Shown piece after piece: positions 18,657-28,616 of a stretch of DNA of 64,000 bases. The notes beneath the pieces are model-generated. The model had not been told where the DNA came from. It saw only the letters and a list, made by a program, of their open reading frames with translations, and ran no database searches. Source of the stretch: Candidatus Cloacimonadales bacterium (GTDB lineage: Bacteria > Cloacimonadota > Cloacimonadia > Cloacimonadales > JAFGVF01); contig OY782781.1 in the NCBI GenBank assembly GCA_963678315.1, positions 832,001 through 896,000 of the forward strand, given 5' to 3'. Within the stretch, counting starts at the first letter, position 1. The number at the start of each line of letters is the position of its first letter. The position numbers and the translations under genes were made by a program.

Positions 18657-20819
18657 TTACATTCGATAACTGATATTATAAGACATGGTCCAATTGAATG
18701 GAGCTTGTGGATTATAGGCATAAATTTCATAATATTTGTTGAAGATGTTATTGAAGTTTAATCCTATTGTGTGCTCAGTATCGAGAAGTTTAAACTGCTT
18801 TGACAAAGCAATATTAGTTAATTCATATTCAGGAAGCGGGTCTTTGAGATTATCAAGAGTAATCCACTGCTTGCCTGTTTTATTATATTCAATCTTAGCT
18901 TTATATTTCATATATTCATAGCTAGCACCTACTTTAATCTGCATTTCGGGAGTGTAGGCTAATTCTTTACCATACATAGAAGAGTGGAGACCATTCTCGG
19001 TTAAAGTTAGATTCTCGGTATTAGTTATGACATAGGATCCAAAGATGTGAAGATTTCTGAAGGCTTCTATATCAGCTTCCATACTAATATTCTCTATTTT
19101 ACTAGATCCTATATTGAGAGGTTTCCACACCTTACCATACATGTTAACTTCAACCCACTGAATTAGGTTATCTATAGTGTTGTGGGAATAGTTAAACTTT
19201 AGATTACACCTACTATCAAAATCAAGCTCTAATCCCAGCTGGTATCCTTCAGACTCTTCAGGTTTTAAGTCTGGATTGCCCATAGCTTGAGAATCTCCCT
19301 TCCAGTAGAGACTATAGAAAGATGGTAATGTGAAGCCAGTTCCATAGCTTCCTGAAAGTGTAGTTGTTATAATGTGGTTATGGGTTAGTTCACCACCGAC
19401 CCTGTAGGTTGTAAAGTCTCCAAAGTTATTGTTAGAATCATAACGGCCAGACAAGTTCATTCCTACTTTGATTAAGTCTATCTCCTGTTCATAGCTCGAA
19501 ATCAATGCAGAAGATGTAGAATACTGGCTAATCTCAGGAATGTCAGCATTATTGTTTATCTTCTCATCAAAAGAGAAAGATTCTTCAAGATACTCATTTG
19601 ATAGAATAAGGGAGAAATTGCTTAGCTCTAAGGTATTTTCAAGCTTGCTAGCTATCTTGCTATTCTTTGAAATATTGTTTGAAGTATGGATGGTGTTAGT
19701 AGGACTTGTATTGTCGTATTCAGACTTCTTATAATGCTTATAGAAAGTGAGTTTATTGTTTAGCAGACTAATTTTTTTGGATAGCTTGAAACTGTTGTTA
19801 GAATCATAGCCCTTGATGAAAGCCTTATCATACAAGAGACTGAAGTTGCTTGGTCCGGGAAGCTGATTATTAAAGAAAGAAGAATTGTTGCTGTAATATA
19901 AATCTAGCCAATCCAAGCCCATTGACATATTAAAGAGTAAGTTGTAATTTTCTTTCTTATTGTGTTCTCGAGTAAGACTAACAAGATCATTACCGCGCTT
20001 GTAATCATACTTAAAGTCATTATCGCTCTTCATCCCAGATAAAACAGCATATATGCTAGTTCTAGACAGAGATTGCCCTATGCTAGCAGATAGCTTCCTA
20101 TAATTAAAGCTTCCATATTTAGCATTCAGAGAATATTCATTGTTGCTGACTGCACTCTTCTTGGTAGTGATGTTTATAGCTCCAGCTATTCCTCCTGAAC
20201 CACTCAAAGAAGAAGCATTATTCTTGTAAATCTCAATCTTCTCTACTATCTCAGTTGGAATGGCTGATAAGTCAAAGTCTTCGCCATTACTGTTCATTGC
20301 AATCCCATCTAATAGAACCAAGGTGTGTTTACTCTTATGTCCTAGTATGGACGCTGATTGCTTCTCACCTGGAAGCTGAGTGCCAGTTATCACGATATTG
20401 CTCTCATGTGAGATTACTTCTGCAACATTATCCAGAGCTTTCTTTTCTGCATCTATCTTAATTATAACTTTCTCCTTGGCTTTAGGCATGAAAGTAGGAG
20501 CTTTCTTAGCTTTGAAAGTATACTCTTCTAGTATTAAGTCTTTCTTTCTAAGGAGTATTTTATTGTCTAATTCTAGCTTAGATAAAGGATAGTATTCCAT
20601 TTCATAGCCAAAAAGATATATGGTTAGTTGCTTCTCTTGAGAATTAGATTCTAACAAGAAGTAACCTTCATCATCTGTATAAGCAGACTTCTTTCCATGA
20701 AGAACCAAGGCCTTCTCCAAGGCTTCCATATCTTTATTGTAGATGTAGCCTGAGAAGACTTCTGCTACAGCCAAGAGTGGCATTAATAATAGAAAAGAAA
20801 TTAAGACTATCTTTCTCAT
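18657..20819 (-). CDS. btuB: TonB-dependent receptor, probably cobalamin (BtuB-like)
   Basis: Plug domain (LVLLDG…IEIYK…GAINI), GNPDLKPE, N.IFN..Y; riboswitch context. Confidence 0.8.
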   Translation of the reverse strand: MRKIVLISFLLLMPLLAVAEVFSGYIYNKDMEALEKALVLHGKKSAYTDDEGYFLLESNSQEKQLTIYLFGYEMEYYPLSKLELDNKILLRKKDLILEEYTFKAKKAPTFMPKAKEKVIIKIDAEKKALDNVAEVISHESNIVITGTQLPGEKQSASILGHKSKHTLVLLDGIAMNSNGEDFDLSAIPTEIVEKIEIYKNNASSLSGSGGIAGAINITTKKSAVSNNEYSLNAKYGSFNYRKLSASIGQSLSRTSIYAVLSGMKSDNDFKYDYKRGNDLVSLTREHNKKENYNLLFNMSMGLDWLDLYYSNNSSFFNNQLPGPSNFSLLYDKAFIKGYDSNNSFKLSKKISLLNNKLTFYKHYKKSEYDNTSPTNTIHTSNNISKNSKIASKLENTLELSNFSLILSNEYLEESFSFDEKINNNADIPEISQYSTSSALISSYEQEIDLIKVGMNLSGRYDSNNNFGDFTTYRVGGELTHNHIITTTLSGSYGTGFTLPSFYSLYWKGDSQAMGNPDLKPEESEGYQLGLELDFDSRCNLKFNYSHNTIDNLIQWVEVNMYGKVWKPLNIGSSKIENISMEADIEAFRNLHIFGSYVITNTENLTLTENGLHSSMYGKELAYTPEMQIKVGASYEYMKYKAKIEYNKTGKQWITLDNLKDPLPEYELTNIALSKQFKLLDTEHTIGLNFNNIFNKYYEIYAYNPQAPFNWTMSYNISYRM

Positions 20820-21583
20820 GGATAAATCACATTGGGTTTGTTTGTAATAGGGTTTGTTACTATCCCTAGCTTAATGTTGAATGCCTGCTCCAAATTAGCT
20901 TCATTTAGAACACTGCTAGGTGCACCATCAGCTATTACTTGTCCTTCCTTAAGGATAATCATTCTTTCAGAATAGTTTGATGCTAAGTTGATGTTATGGG
21001 AAATCATGATGATAGTCTTCTTCTCTTCTTGGTGAAGCTTCTTCATAATATTAAGTATCTCAATCTGGTGATTAATATCTAAGTGAGAGAATGTTTCATC
21101 TAAGAGAATATAATCTGTATTCTGAGCAATAGCTCTACCAATATAGGTTCGTTGCTTCTCTCCACCACTTAACTGATTGATGTATTTGTTGCGTAAATGA
21201 CCTAATTGTAATTTAGTGATTATCTCTTCAACAACTTGTTTATCTTCCTGAGAATAGCTATTCCAAAATGATATAAAAGGAAACCTTCCCATGGTAATTA
21301 TCTCTTCTACGGTGAAGTTATACTGAATATGAGACTCTTGAGGAATTAGTGTTACCTTTTTAGCCAAGTCCTTACTATTAATCTTATTGATATCTTGCTT
21401 ATCAATAAGGATATCACCAGATAGTCTATCTAGAAAGCCAATTACTAGCTTCAATAAAGTTGACTTGCCACAGCCATTAGGTCCCAGAATAGAGATAAAT
21501 TCACCCCTATCAAAAGACAGATTTAGCTTGTTATAAATCTTGTTTCCTGGGTAACCAGCTTCTAAATTCTTAATATGTATCAT
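20816..21583 (-). CDS. ABC transporter ATP-binding protein (BtuD/FecE family)
   Basis: GPNGCGKS, LSGGEKQR, LLDE, HLDINHQ. Confidence 0.9.
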   Translation of the reverse strand: MIHIKNLEAGYPGNKIYNKLNLSFDRGEFISILGPNGCGKSTLLKLVIGFLDRLSGDILIDKQDINKINSKDLAKKVTLIPQESHIQYNFTVEEIITMGRFPFISFWNSYSQEDKQVVEEIITKLQLGHLRNKYINQLSGGEKQRTYIGRAIAQNTDYILLDETFSHLDINHQIEILNIMKKLHQEEKKTIIMISHNINLASNYSERMIILKEGQVIADGAPSSVLNEANLEQAFNIKLGIVTNPITNKPNVIYP

Positions 21584-21714
21584 GTTTCCTCGAATAATAT
21601 TCTCTTCTAAATTATAGTAATTAAACTTGTGTAACTTAAATGCTTGTATTTTATTGAAGGTATAGATATATCTTCGAGATTCCTTTAATTACCGTGCTTC
21701 GCAGTATTAAATGG

Positions 21715-21868
21715 ACTCAGTGGCAGGTTTCCTGGCTTGTAGTTTCAACAAAATATATACCTTCCCAGACTTATTCATCCAGTGATATATATCAACTATT
21801 ACTACTTACAGTGGCGAAGACCGCTCTCGCTTCTAACGAGATTCCCTTTTACTCTTGCACCATTGAGT
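21715..21868 (-). promoter_or_regulatory. Cobalamin riboswitch
   Basis: On the - strand: ggtgc…aaaagggaa…gccactgtaa…cactgg…gggaagg…agccaggaaacctgcc, upstream of the btuD/btuB-like genes. Confidence 0.9.
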
Positions 21869-22289
21869 TACACATATTTGTAGCTATTTAATTTTGTTAG
21901 CTTTTACTGTCAATAGAATTGTTCTATTATCTACATCTCGTTATCAGTCACACTTTCAATAGTAACAAGTTGTTTGAGGAATTCTAGCTTTTTATGCTCT
22001 CTGAAAGATAGAAATGTTGAAGAAAGTGAACATAATTATAGTTCCAAGCCCTTCTATTAAGTTAAGACAACTAGAAGAATAACATTAATTCCCAATAAAT
22101 ATCATCAAATAGTAAGTTAACACTGTTAAAAGAGACCTTCTATCACAAAATAAATAATAAATAGGTTACTATTTTACATTTTTGGAAAATAGCTTGCATA
22201 GTTTTTATTTAAATGTTATATTTGCGTTAAGATTATAATAATACCAATTTTTATTGGTGATGTGAAATTAAATATGTAAAGGAGTAAAC

Positions 22290-24161
22290 ATGAAAAAAAG
22301 CTTAGCTTATGTTTTGTTGTTGTTAAGTATTTTTTCTCTTACAGCTGCTCAAATTAGCGTTGTAGGCGAAGTATTTACGGAGACATGGTGACCTTATTGC
22401 CCACGTGCAAGAACAGGTCTGTTCAATTTATATGATAATCAACCCCACGTAGTCCCACTAATCTGGCAAGGTGATGGATCTCATGAATCACCTGGATATA
22501 CACAACGTCGTGGACTAGTTGGTTCTACTTCACAAGGTATTCCTCAATGTGCTATTCAAGGTATTTACCTAGAAGTTGGCGCTGCAACAGATGCTTATAA
22601 CCAACAATATCTTCCTCGTTATAACCAAGTTATCAACACAGAAGCACCAATGTCGATTTCAGCTTTTGTATTCGAAACTACAGAAGGCTATCAATTAACA
22701 GGTTCTATAGCCCTCGAACAAGCTATTGATAATAATGATGTTAAAATAGTTTATATACTTGCAGACTATGTAAGTGATGATTATTTCTCATCTGTAGTAG
22801 CTTATGAATACGAACCATTAACTATTTCAGGTCAAGGACAGACAGTATCTTTCAATCATGAATTTACTGCTGAAGCATCATGGAATCCAGAAACTGTAAA
22901 AGGTTATGTGATGGTGCAAAACTTTGCCAACAATGATGGTGAAATCTTCCAAGCTGCTGAAGCAGGCACAGGTGCTGTTTCTGCAACTGCTTTAGATTTT
23001 GGTGATTCATATATTGGTTCTAACTTCACAAAAGAATTCTCAGTATTCAATGTTGGTACAGAAACAGCTAATATTGAAGTAAACATGACAGGAGATGCTT
23101 TCTCTATTACTGGTGATATGACTTATACTCTTGAGCCAGGAACAAGCCAATCTCATACTGTTCAATTTGTTCCTACAGCTGAACAAGCTTACTCAGGCAC
23201 AATAGATATTACTACTGATATCCCAATGTTTGAAAATAACACTGTAATAATCACTGGTAATGGTTTTGTTGATAATGCTCCTTCAATAGCTAACTTAGCT
23301 TTAGAAGGAACTCTAATGAATAAATTCTCAGTTGAAGTTTCTTATAACTTTGTTGACATTGACAATGATGGTCAAGGTGAATCTCAGTACACTTGGTATG
23401 AATCAGAAGACCAAGAAAACTGGACTGAATATGTAAATATTAATGCTAACTATAACAAAATTAATATTTCTGATGACTTAGTTGGTAAATACCTTAGATT
23501 CGTTGCTGAACCAGTTGATGAACATGGTATGCCAGGCCAAGTTGCTTCAGTCGAAACAGATCAGCCAATCGCTGATTTAGCTGCACCTACAAACCTAAGC
23601 TTAGATATTGCTGATGGTAATAATATTACCCTAAACTGGACTGCTCCTGAACTTCCTGAAATTAGAGGTTTATTCGGTTACAAAGTTATGCGTGGTGCTG
23701 AAATCGTTACTACCATAATGGATACTGAAGAAACTAGTTATACTGATGAAAATGTTGCTGATGGACAATACACTTATGCTGTAAAATCTATCTATGCTCC
23801 AGGTGGTCTTTCAGGAAACTCAAATGAAATTACTGTTCTAGTAGAGAATGGTCAAGCTACTGTTGGTAACGACCAAAGCACTGTTCCTGTTGCTAGTATT
23901 TCTAATGGTCCTAACCCATTCAGTAATTCAACTAATATCTTCTTCCAAACTAGAAAATCAGCTCAAGTTAAAGTTGATATCTATAATGTGAAAGGTCAGC
24001 TTGTTAATAGCGTTCTTAATCAAGAAGTTAATGCAGGTGAACATACAATCACATGGAATGGTAATGATAGTAATGGAAACAGATGCTCTGCAGGCGTTTA
24101 CTTCTATAAAGTAACTAGCCCTGAAAAATCTGTAACCAAGAAAATGATTCTTATGAAATAG
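22290..24161 (+). CDS. Secreted Omp28/thioredoxin-like protein with in-frame UGA (UxxC; candidate selenoprotein), Ig-like/FN3 domains and FlgD-Ig/T9SS-like C-terminus, 623 aa
   Basis: RBS aaggag, ATG 22290, signal peptide, VVGEVFTETW-TGA(22389)-PYCP, then an open frame continuous with ORF 22650..24161. Confidence 0.8.
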
Positions 24162-24209
24162 TGTCATATTAATTAATAATTTATAATTAACAATAGAATA
24201 TTAATGAAG

Positions 24210-24236
24210 AGGCTGACCAAGTGTCAGCCTTTTTTT
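24210..24236 (+). terminator. Intrinsic terminator
   Basis: aggctgac/gtcagcct stem followed by a T-tract. Confidence 0.85.
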
Positions 24237-24240
24237 GTCC

Positions 24241-24700
24241 TGGGTTTGTAGCCTTCATTCTAGCTTGACGAGCACAATTTTGCAAGCTTATTTACGCTTA
24301 ATTATACTTGTCGCTTGCAGATTTAGCTAAACGATTTTCGATTTATTTTTGTAAGAATAAAGCAAAAACATAGAAGCTTGACTTTGCTAAGAGTTTCAGT
24401 GCTGAAAATGAGCACTCTTTTTTCTGTATAACATTTAAGATACTTTACTCGAATATTCTGCACCATTTACTAAAAATCTAATGCTTGCTCAAGATGTAAT
24501 TTTCTTGAAAGCTAGAACATAATTCATTGACTCTTTCGTAAGGTCTCTACTCCCTTAATGGCCTCCTTGAAAAAATGGCGTTTTTTCAAGGTGGCCCCTT
24601 GGCAAGAGGTAAATTGAGTATTGATAACATGTAGGGGCGTATGGCATTCGCCCAATTTTGCGTAAGCATGAACAAAGTTCAACCTTCGGTTGCTACTTAC
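24241..24700. repeat. Composite repeat island: family-A remnants, MITE right end, family-B palindrome and a GTAG-type REP
   Basis: 24338-24397 resembles 8102-8161; ggcctccttgaaaaa…tttttcaaggtggcc at 24560-24596; gtaggggcgtatggcattcgccc at 24631-24653; gtaagcatgaac…cttac after it. Confidence 0.7.
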
Positions 24701-24851
24701 AGGACATTAGATTATGACAGTTTCTATTCTTAACTAACTATAAATAAAACTATTAATAAATGGAAAAACAATAAATATAATTCAATAAATTTTTCTTGAC
24801 ATTCTAAAAGTAAATCATGAAAATAATAAACACTTTGAAAAAGGATATATA

Positions 24852-25760
24852 ATGAAAGGACTTTTAGAAATAGGAACTAATTCGATTAAATGCATGGCAT
24901 TTAGAAGAGTAGAAGATAAATTTGAGTTTGTAGTTGATAAGCAAGTTATCACACAACTTGGTGAGGGATACCTAAAATCAGCTTTAATATCTAAAGAGGC
25001 ACTAAGTAGGACTTGTAAAGAGTTAAAAAAAGCCAAAAAAGAGCTCTTAGACTTAGGTTGCCAGGAGATAGACTTGATTGGAACTATGATTTTAAGAAGG
25101 GCTGAAAATCGGGAAATTGTGGTCAAGCAAATCTCAGAAGATTTAGGCTTGGAATTGAAAGTTCTAACTGGTGAAGAGGAAGCTCAATACTCATTCAAAG
25201 CAGCAGTAAGAACACTGGCCTTAGAGGGAGATGAGAAGATTCTTGTTGTTGATTCAGGTGGTGGATCATCTGAAGCAATATTTGGTGAAAAAGGTAAAAT
25301 TCTTCATGCCCAGTCAATTGATATAGGGGCGGTAACACTTACTGAGAAATTCAATCTTGATAATGTTGTAAGTCACGAGATTATTATGAGTTGTGAACAG
25401 TATGTTAATAGAGTTTTTACAACATTAGATAAAGAATATCAGTGTTCAAAACTTGTTGTGATTGGCGGTTCTGCAACTACTGTTTCTGCTATGATTCAAG
25501 AACTAGATCCTTATGATTCCACTAAAGTTCAAGGCTCAATAGTAGCTATGGAGCAATTGTTTGAACTTCAAGATAAAGTAGCTAATCTAACTACCGAACA
25601 GAGAAAAGAATTAGTTGGACTTTCTCCAAAAAGAGCTAATATAATATTAGGTGGTATTATTATTATTGGATGTATTCTTGATAGATCTAATATCAGAGAA
25701 ATGATTGTATGCGATCGTGGTTTAAGATATGGCTACGCATACTCAATGATGGAAGAATAA
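24852..25760 (+). CDS. Ppx/GppA family phosphatase
   Basis: EIGTNS, GEEEA, DSGGGS.E, GGSATT, RA.II.GG, GLRYG. Confidence 0.88.
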   Translation: MKGLLEIGTNSIKCMAFRRVEDKFEFVVDKQVITQLGEGYLKSALISKEALSRTCKELKKAKKELLDLGCQEIDLIGTMILRRAENREIVVKQISEDLGLELKVLTGEEEAQYSFKAAVRTLALEGDEKILVVDSGGGSSEAIFGEKGKILHAQSIDIGAVTLTEKFNLDNVVSHEIIMSCEQYVNRVFTTLDKEYQCSKLVVIGGSATTVSAMIQELDPYDSTKVQGSIVAMEQLFELQDKVANLTTEQRKELVGLSPKRANIILGGIIIIGCILDRSNIREMIVCDRGLRYGYAYSMMEE

Positions 25761-25821
25761 ACAAGCTTCTATTTATAACATTAGAATAAAATGTTGATTA
25801 AATTCAACAAAAGGAGTTGTT

Positions 25822-26475
25822 ATGACAAATTTATTTACTTCAAAGTCAAAAGAACTTCAAGGTACGATTGACAAATATATTGATGTTGTTGAAAAATCAG
25901 CCCTTACTTTTTTAGAGGGAATAAAGAGTTACATTAATTGGAAGACTGATAGATTTGATGATTACCTTGCTTCAATGATTGATTTCGAGAATAAAGCTGA
26001 TGAATTAAGGCATGACTGTAAGTTTAAGCTTTATTCATATATGCTTATACCCGAATCTAGGGGGGATGTGCTAGGTATTATTGAAACTATTGATGATGTG
26101 GTTGATGTCTGTAAGAAAGTTATGGAACAGTTGTCTATTGAGCAACCAGATATTCCTGAAGATCTCAGACCTTCTTACCTTGAATTAGCTGAGCTTTCAA
26201 CTAAGACAATGTTAGAATTAATTAAAGCTACAAGAGCTTTCTTTACCGAGATGAAGCTGGTTGAGAATCATATCAATAAAGTGCATTTCTATGAGCATGA
26301 AGCAGATAAACTAGAAGAAAGACTTAAAAGAAAGATATTTAACCACAAAGAGATAGGTTATCTTTCAGTAAAGATGCATTTGAGATACTTTGTTGAAAAG
26401 ATAGTTTCCCCATCAGATAATGCTGAAACAGTTGCAGAAAGACTTTCTGTGTATGTGATAAAGAGGAGACTATAG
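25822..26475 (+). CDS. DUF47/PhoU-like phosphate transport regulator
   Basis: Repeated E..ADE/E.EADK motifs; adjacent to a PiT transporter. Confidence 0.85.
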   Translation: MTNLFTSKSKELQGTIDKYIDVVEKSALTFLEGIKSYINWKTDRFDDYLASMIDFENKADELRHDCKFKLYSYMLIPESRGDVLGIIETIDDVVDVCKKVMEQLSIEQPDIPEDLRPSYLELAELSTKTMLELIKATRAFFTEMKLVENHINKVHFYEHEADKLEERLKRKIFNHKEIGYLSVKMHLRYFVEKIVSPSDNAETVAERLSVYVIKRRL

Positions 26476-26482
26476 GTCTTTT

Positions 26483-27529
26483 ATGATAACTTCTTTACTT
26501 TTCTTATCTAGTGGACTATTCCTAGGATGGTCACTAGGAGCTAACAATGCGGCTAACTTTTGGGGAACAGCAGTTGGGACACGCATGGTTAGGTTCAAAA
26601 CTGCAGCTATATTATGCAGTGTATTTGTTATACTTGGAGCTGTGATTGGTGGAGCTGGGGCTAGTTCAACCCTAGGAAAACTAGGGGCAATTGATTATCT
26701 AGCTGGTTCTTTTACCGTGGCTATGGCAAGTGCTGTAACAGCTTATTACATGACAAAAGCTGGAATACCTATCTCAACATCACAGGCGATTGTGGGAGCG
26801 ATTATTGGTTGGAATATTTATTCAGGGAATACTACTAACTTTGGAATATTGAGGAAGATTGCAAGTACTTGGGTAACTTCCCCAATTCTAACTGCTCTGA
26901 CAGCTTTCTTATTCTACAAATTAGTTCAATATGTTATAAATAGAACCAAGATTCACATGGTAAAGTTAGATCAATACACTCGCTATGCTTTAATTCTTGT
27001 TGGAATATTTGGTTCTTACTCACTAGGTGCAAACAACATTGGTAATGTGATGGGGGTCTTTGTGCAATCTAACCCATTTGCTAACTTGAATGTTCTGTCC
27101 TATCTAAAATTAGATCCGACTCAGATACTATTCCTAATTGGTGGTCTTGCTATCGCTGTTGGTGTCTTTACTTACTCAAAACGTGTAATGCTTACTATAG
27201 GAAACGACATATTTAAACTTTCTCCTATATCAGCTTTAGTAGTGGTTTTATCAGTTTCAATCACAATGTTTATCTTTGCTTCAAGTTCATTACGAGATTT
27301 ATTGCTTAGTATGAACTTGCCAGCTATTCCTTTGGTTCCTGTATCAAGTTCTCAAGCAATTGTGGGAGCTGTGATAGGTATAAGCTTTGCCAGAAAGAGC
27401 ACAGACCTGCACTTTGGAGTATTAGGTAAAATAGTTATGGGCTGGATATTAACACCAATTCTATCTTTTATTATAGCTTATATTTCTCTCTTCTTTGTGG
27501 AGAATGTCTTTATGCAACAGGTATTTTAG
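26483..27529 (+). CDS. Inorganic phosphate transporter, PiT family
   Basis: GANNAAN and GANNIGN signatures, P.STSQ..VG. Confidence 0.9.
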   Translation: MITSLLFLSSGLFLGWSLGANNAANFWGTAVGTRMVRFKTAAILCSVFVILGAVIGGAGASSTLGKLGAIDYLAGSFTVAMASAVTAYYMTKAGIPISTSQAIVGAIIGWNIYSGNTTNFGILRKIASTWVTSPILTALTAFLFYKLVQYVINRTKIHMVKLDQYTRYALILVGIFGSYSLGANNIGNVMGVFVQSNPFANLNVLSYLKLDPTQILFLIGGLAIAVGVFTYSKRVMLTIGNDIFKLSPISALVVVLSVSITMFIFASSSLRDLLLSMNLPAIPLVPVSSSQAIVGAVIGISFARKSTDLHFGVLGKIVMGWILTPILSFIIAYISLFFVENVFMQQVF

Positions 27530-27679
27530 TTCTTAGTGAAAAGGGAAATTATCTAAAAGTATGCTTTCCTCAGTTGGGGAAGAGAAGCTCTTTCTTTTAT
27601 ACAAAATTACACCTTGACATATTCTCACAAGTAAAGATTTTTAGCTCATGTTTGTTGATTAATTAAAAATTAATCTTGC

Positions 27680-27755
27680 AGATTCAGGGGTGCCGAAAGG
27701 CTGAGATTATACCCTTTGAACCTGATCCGGGTAATGCTGGCGAAGGAAGAGTGAT
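27680..27755 (+). promoter_or_regulatory. TPP riboswitch, probably translational
   Basis: ggggtgc…gctgaga…accc…gaacctgatccgggtaatgctggcgaaggaa; downstream tcctccaa (27807) can pair with the RBS ttggagga (27833). Confidence 0.92.
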
Positions 27756-27843
27756 GCGCTAAAAACTATAACACACACCCTTTTGAATACCTTCAAATTT
27801 GCATTATCCTCCAAAACTAAATTAACCTAATATTGGAGGAAAA

Positions 27844-28614
27844 ATGGAACTTACTGTTTCACGTGGTATTATTGATACCTATTTTAATAAGTTGAAGAAC
27901 AACTTAGAACTTGATGTCGCTATCGTTGGTGCAGGACCTTCAGGTCTGATTGCAGCAGCAACACTTGCTAAAGCAGGAAAAAAAGTAGCTGTTTTTGAAA
28001 GAAAACTTGCTCCAGGTGGTGGAATGTGGGGCGGTGCTATGCTCTTCAACCAAATTGTAGTTCAAAATGAAGCAGTTCACCTTCTAGATGAATTTAACAT
28101 TTCTTACGAACGCTATGATGAAACTTGTGTAACTCTAGATTCTGTTCATGCAACTTCTGCTTTAATATATGCAGCTACAAAATACGGTGCCATTATTAAC
28201 AATGGATTTACTGTTGAAGATGTTGTATTCCAAAACGAAGAAGTAGCTGGAGTTGTAGTTAACTGGGCGACTATTGAAAGAGAAGGACTTCATGTTGACC
28301 CTCTTGTAATGATGGCTAAATGCGTTCTTGATGGTACTGGTCATCCTTGTGAAGTTTCTCACACTGTAGCTAATAAGAATGACATCAAACTCAATACTTT
28401 AACAGGTAAAGTGATGGGCGAACGCTCATTATCAGTTGAGAAAGGTGAAGAAGCAACAGTTGAAAACACTAAAGAAGTTTATCCTGGATTATTTGTTTCA
28501 GGTATGGCTGCTAATGGAGTAAATGGAGCTTTCAGAATGGGACCAATCTTCGGAGGTATGCTCCTTTCTGGTGTTAAAGTTGCTAAGCTTATGCTTGAAA
28601 GATTAGGAAAATAA
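27844..28614 (+). CDS. thi4: Sulfide-dependent ADP-thiazole synthase (non-Cys Thi4)
   Basis: GAGPSG, GGGMWGG, HVDP, TGH, RMGPIFGGMLLSG. Confidence 0.92.
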   Translation: MELTVSRGIIDTYFNKLKNNLELDVAIVGAGPSGLIAAATLAKAGKKVAVFERKLAPGGGMWGGAMLFNQIVVQNEAVHLLDEFNISYERYDETCVTLDSVHATSALIYAATKYGAIINNGFTVEDVVFQNEEVAGVVVNWATIEREGLHVDPLVMMAKCVLDGTGHPCEVSHTVANKNDIKLNTLTGKVMGERSLSVEKGEEATVENTKEVYPGLFVSGMAANGVNGAFRMGPIFGGMLLSGVKVAKLMLERLGK

Positions 28615-28616
28615 GA

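Noticed and set aside
22389..22391. Genome-wide UGA reassignment (code 4 or 25)
   Set aside because: The other conserved genes are full length without internal TGA, and the only in-frame TGA noticed is at a Cys-equivalent position
22650..24161. ORF-track start at 22650 as the real gene start
   Set aside because: It has no RBS or signal peptide; the upstream in-frame region supplies both plus the redox motif
27855..27870. parS-like sequence tgtttcacgtggtatt in thi4
   Set aside because: The right half-site is broken and it is a single copy explained by coding sequence
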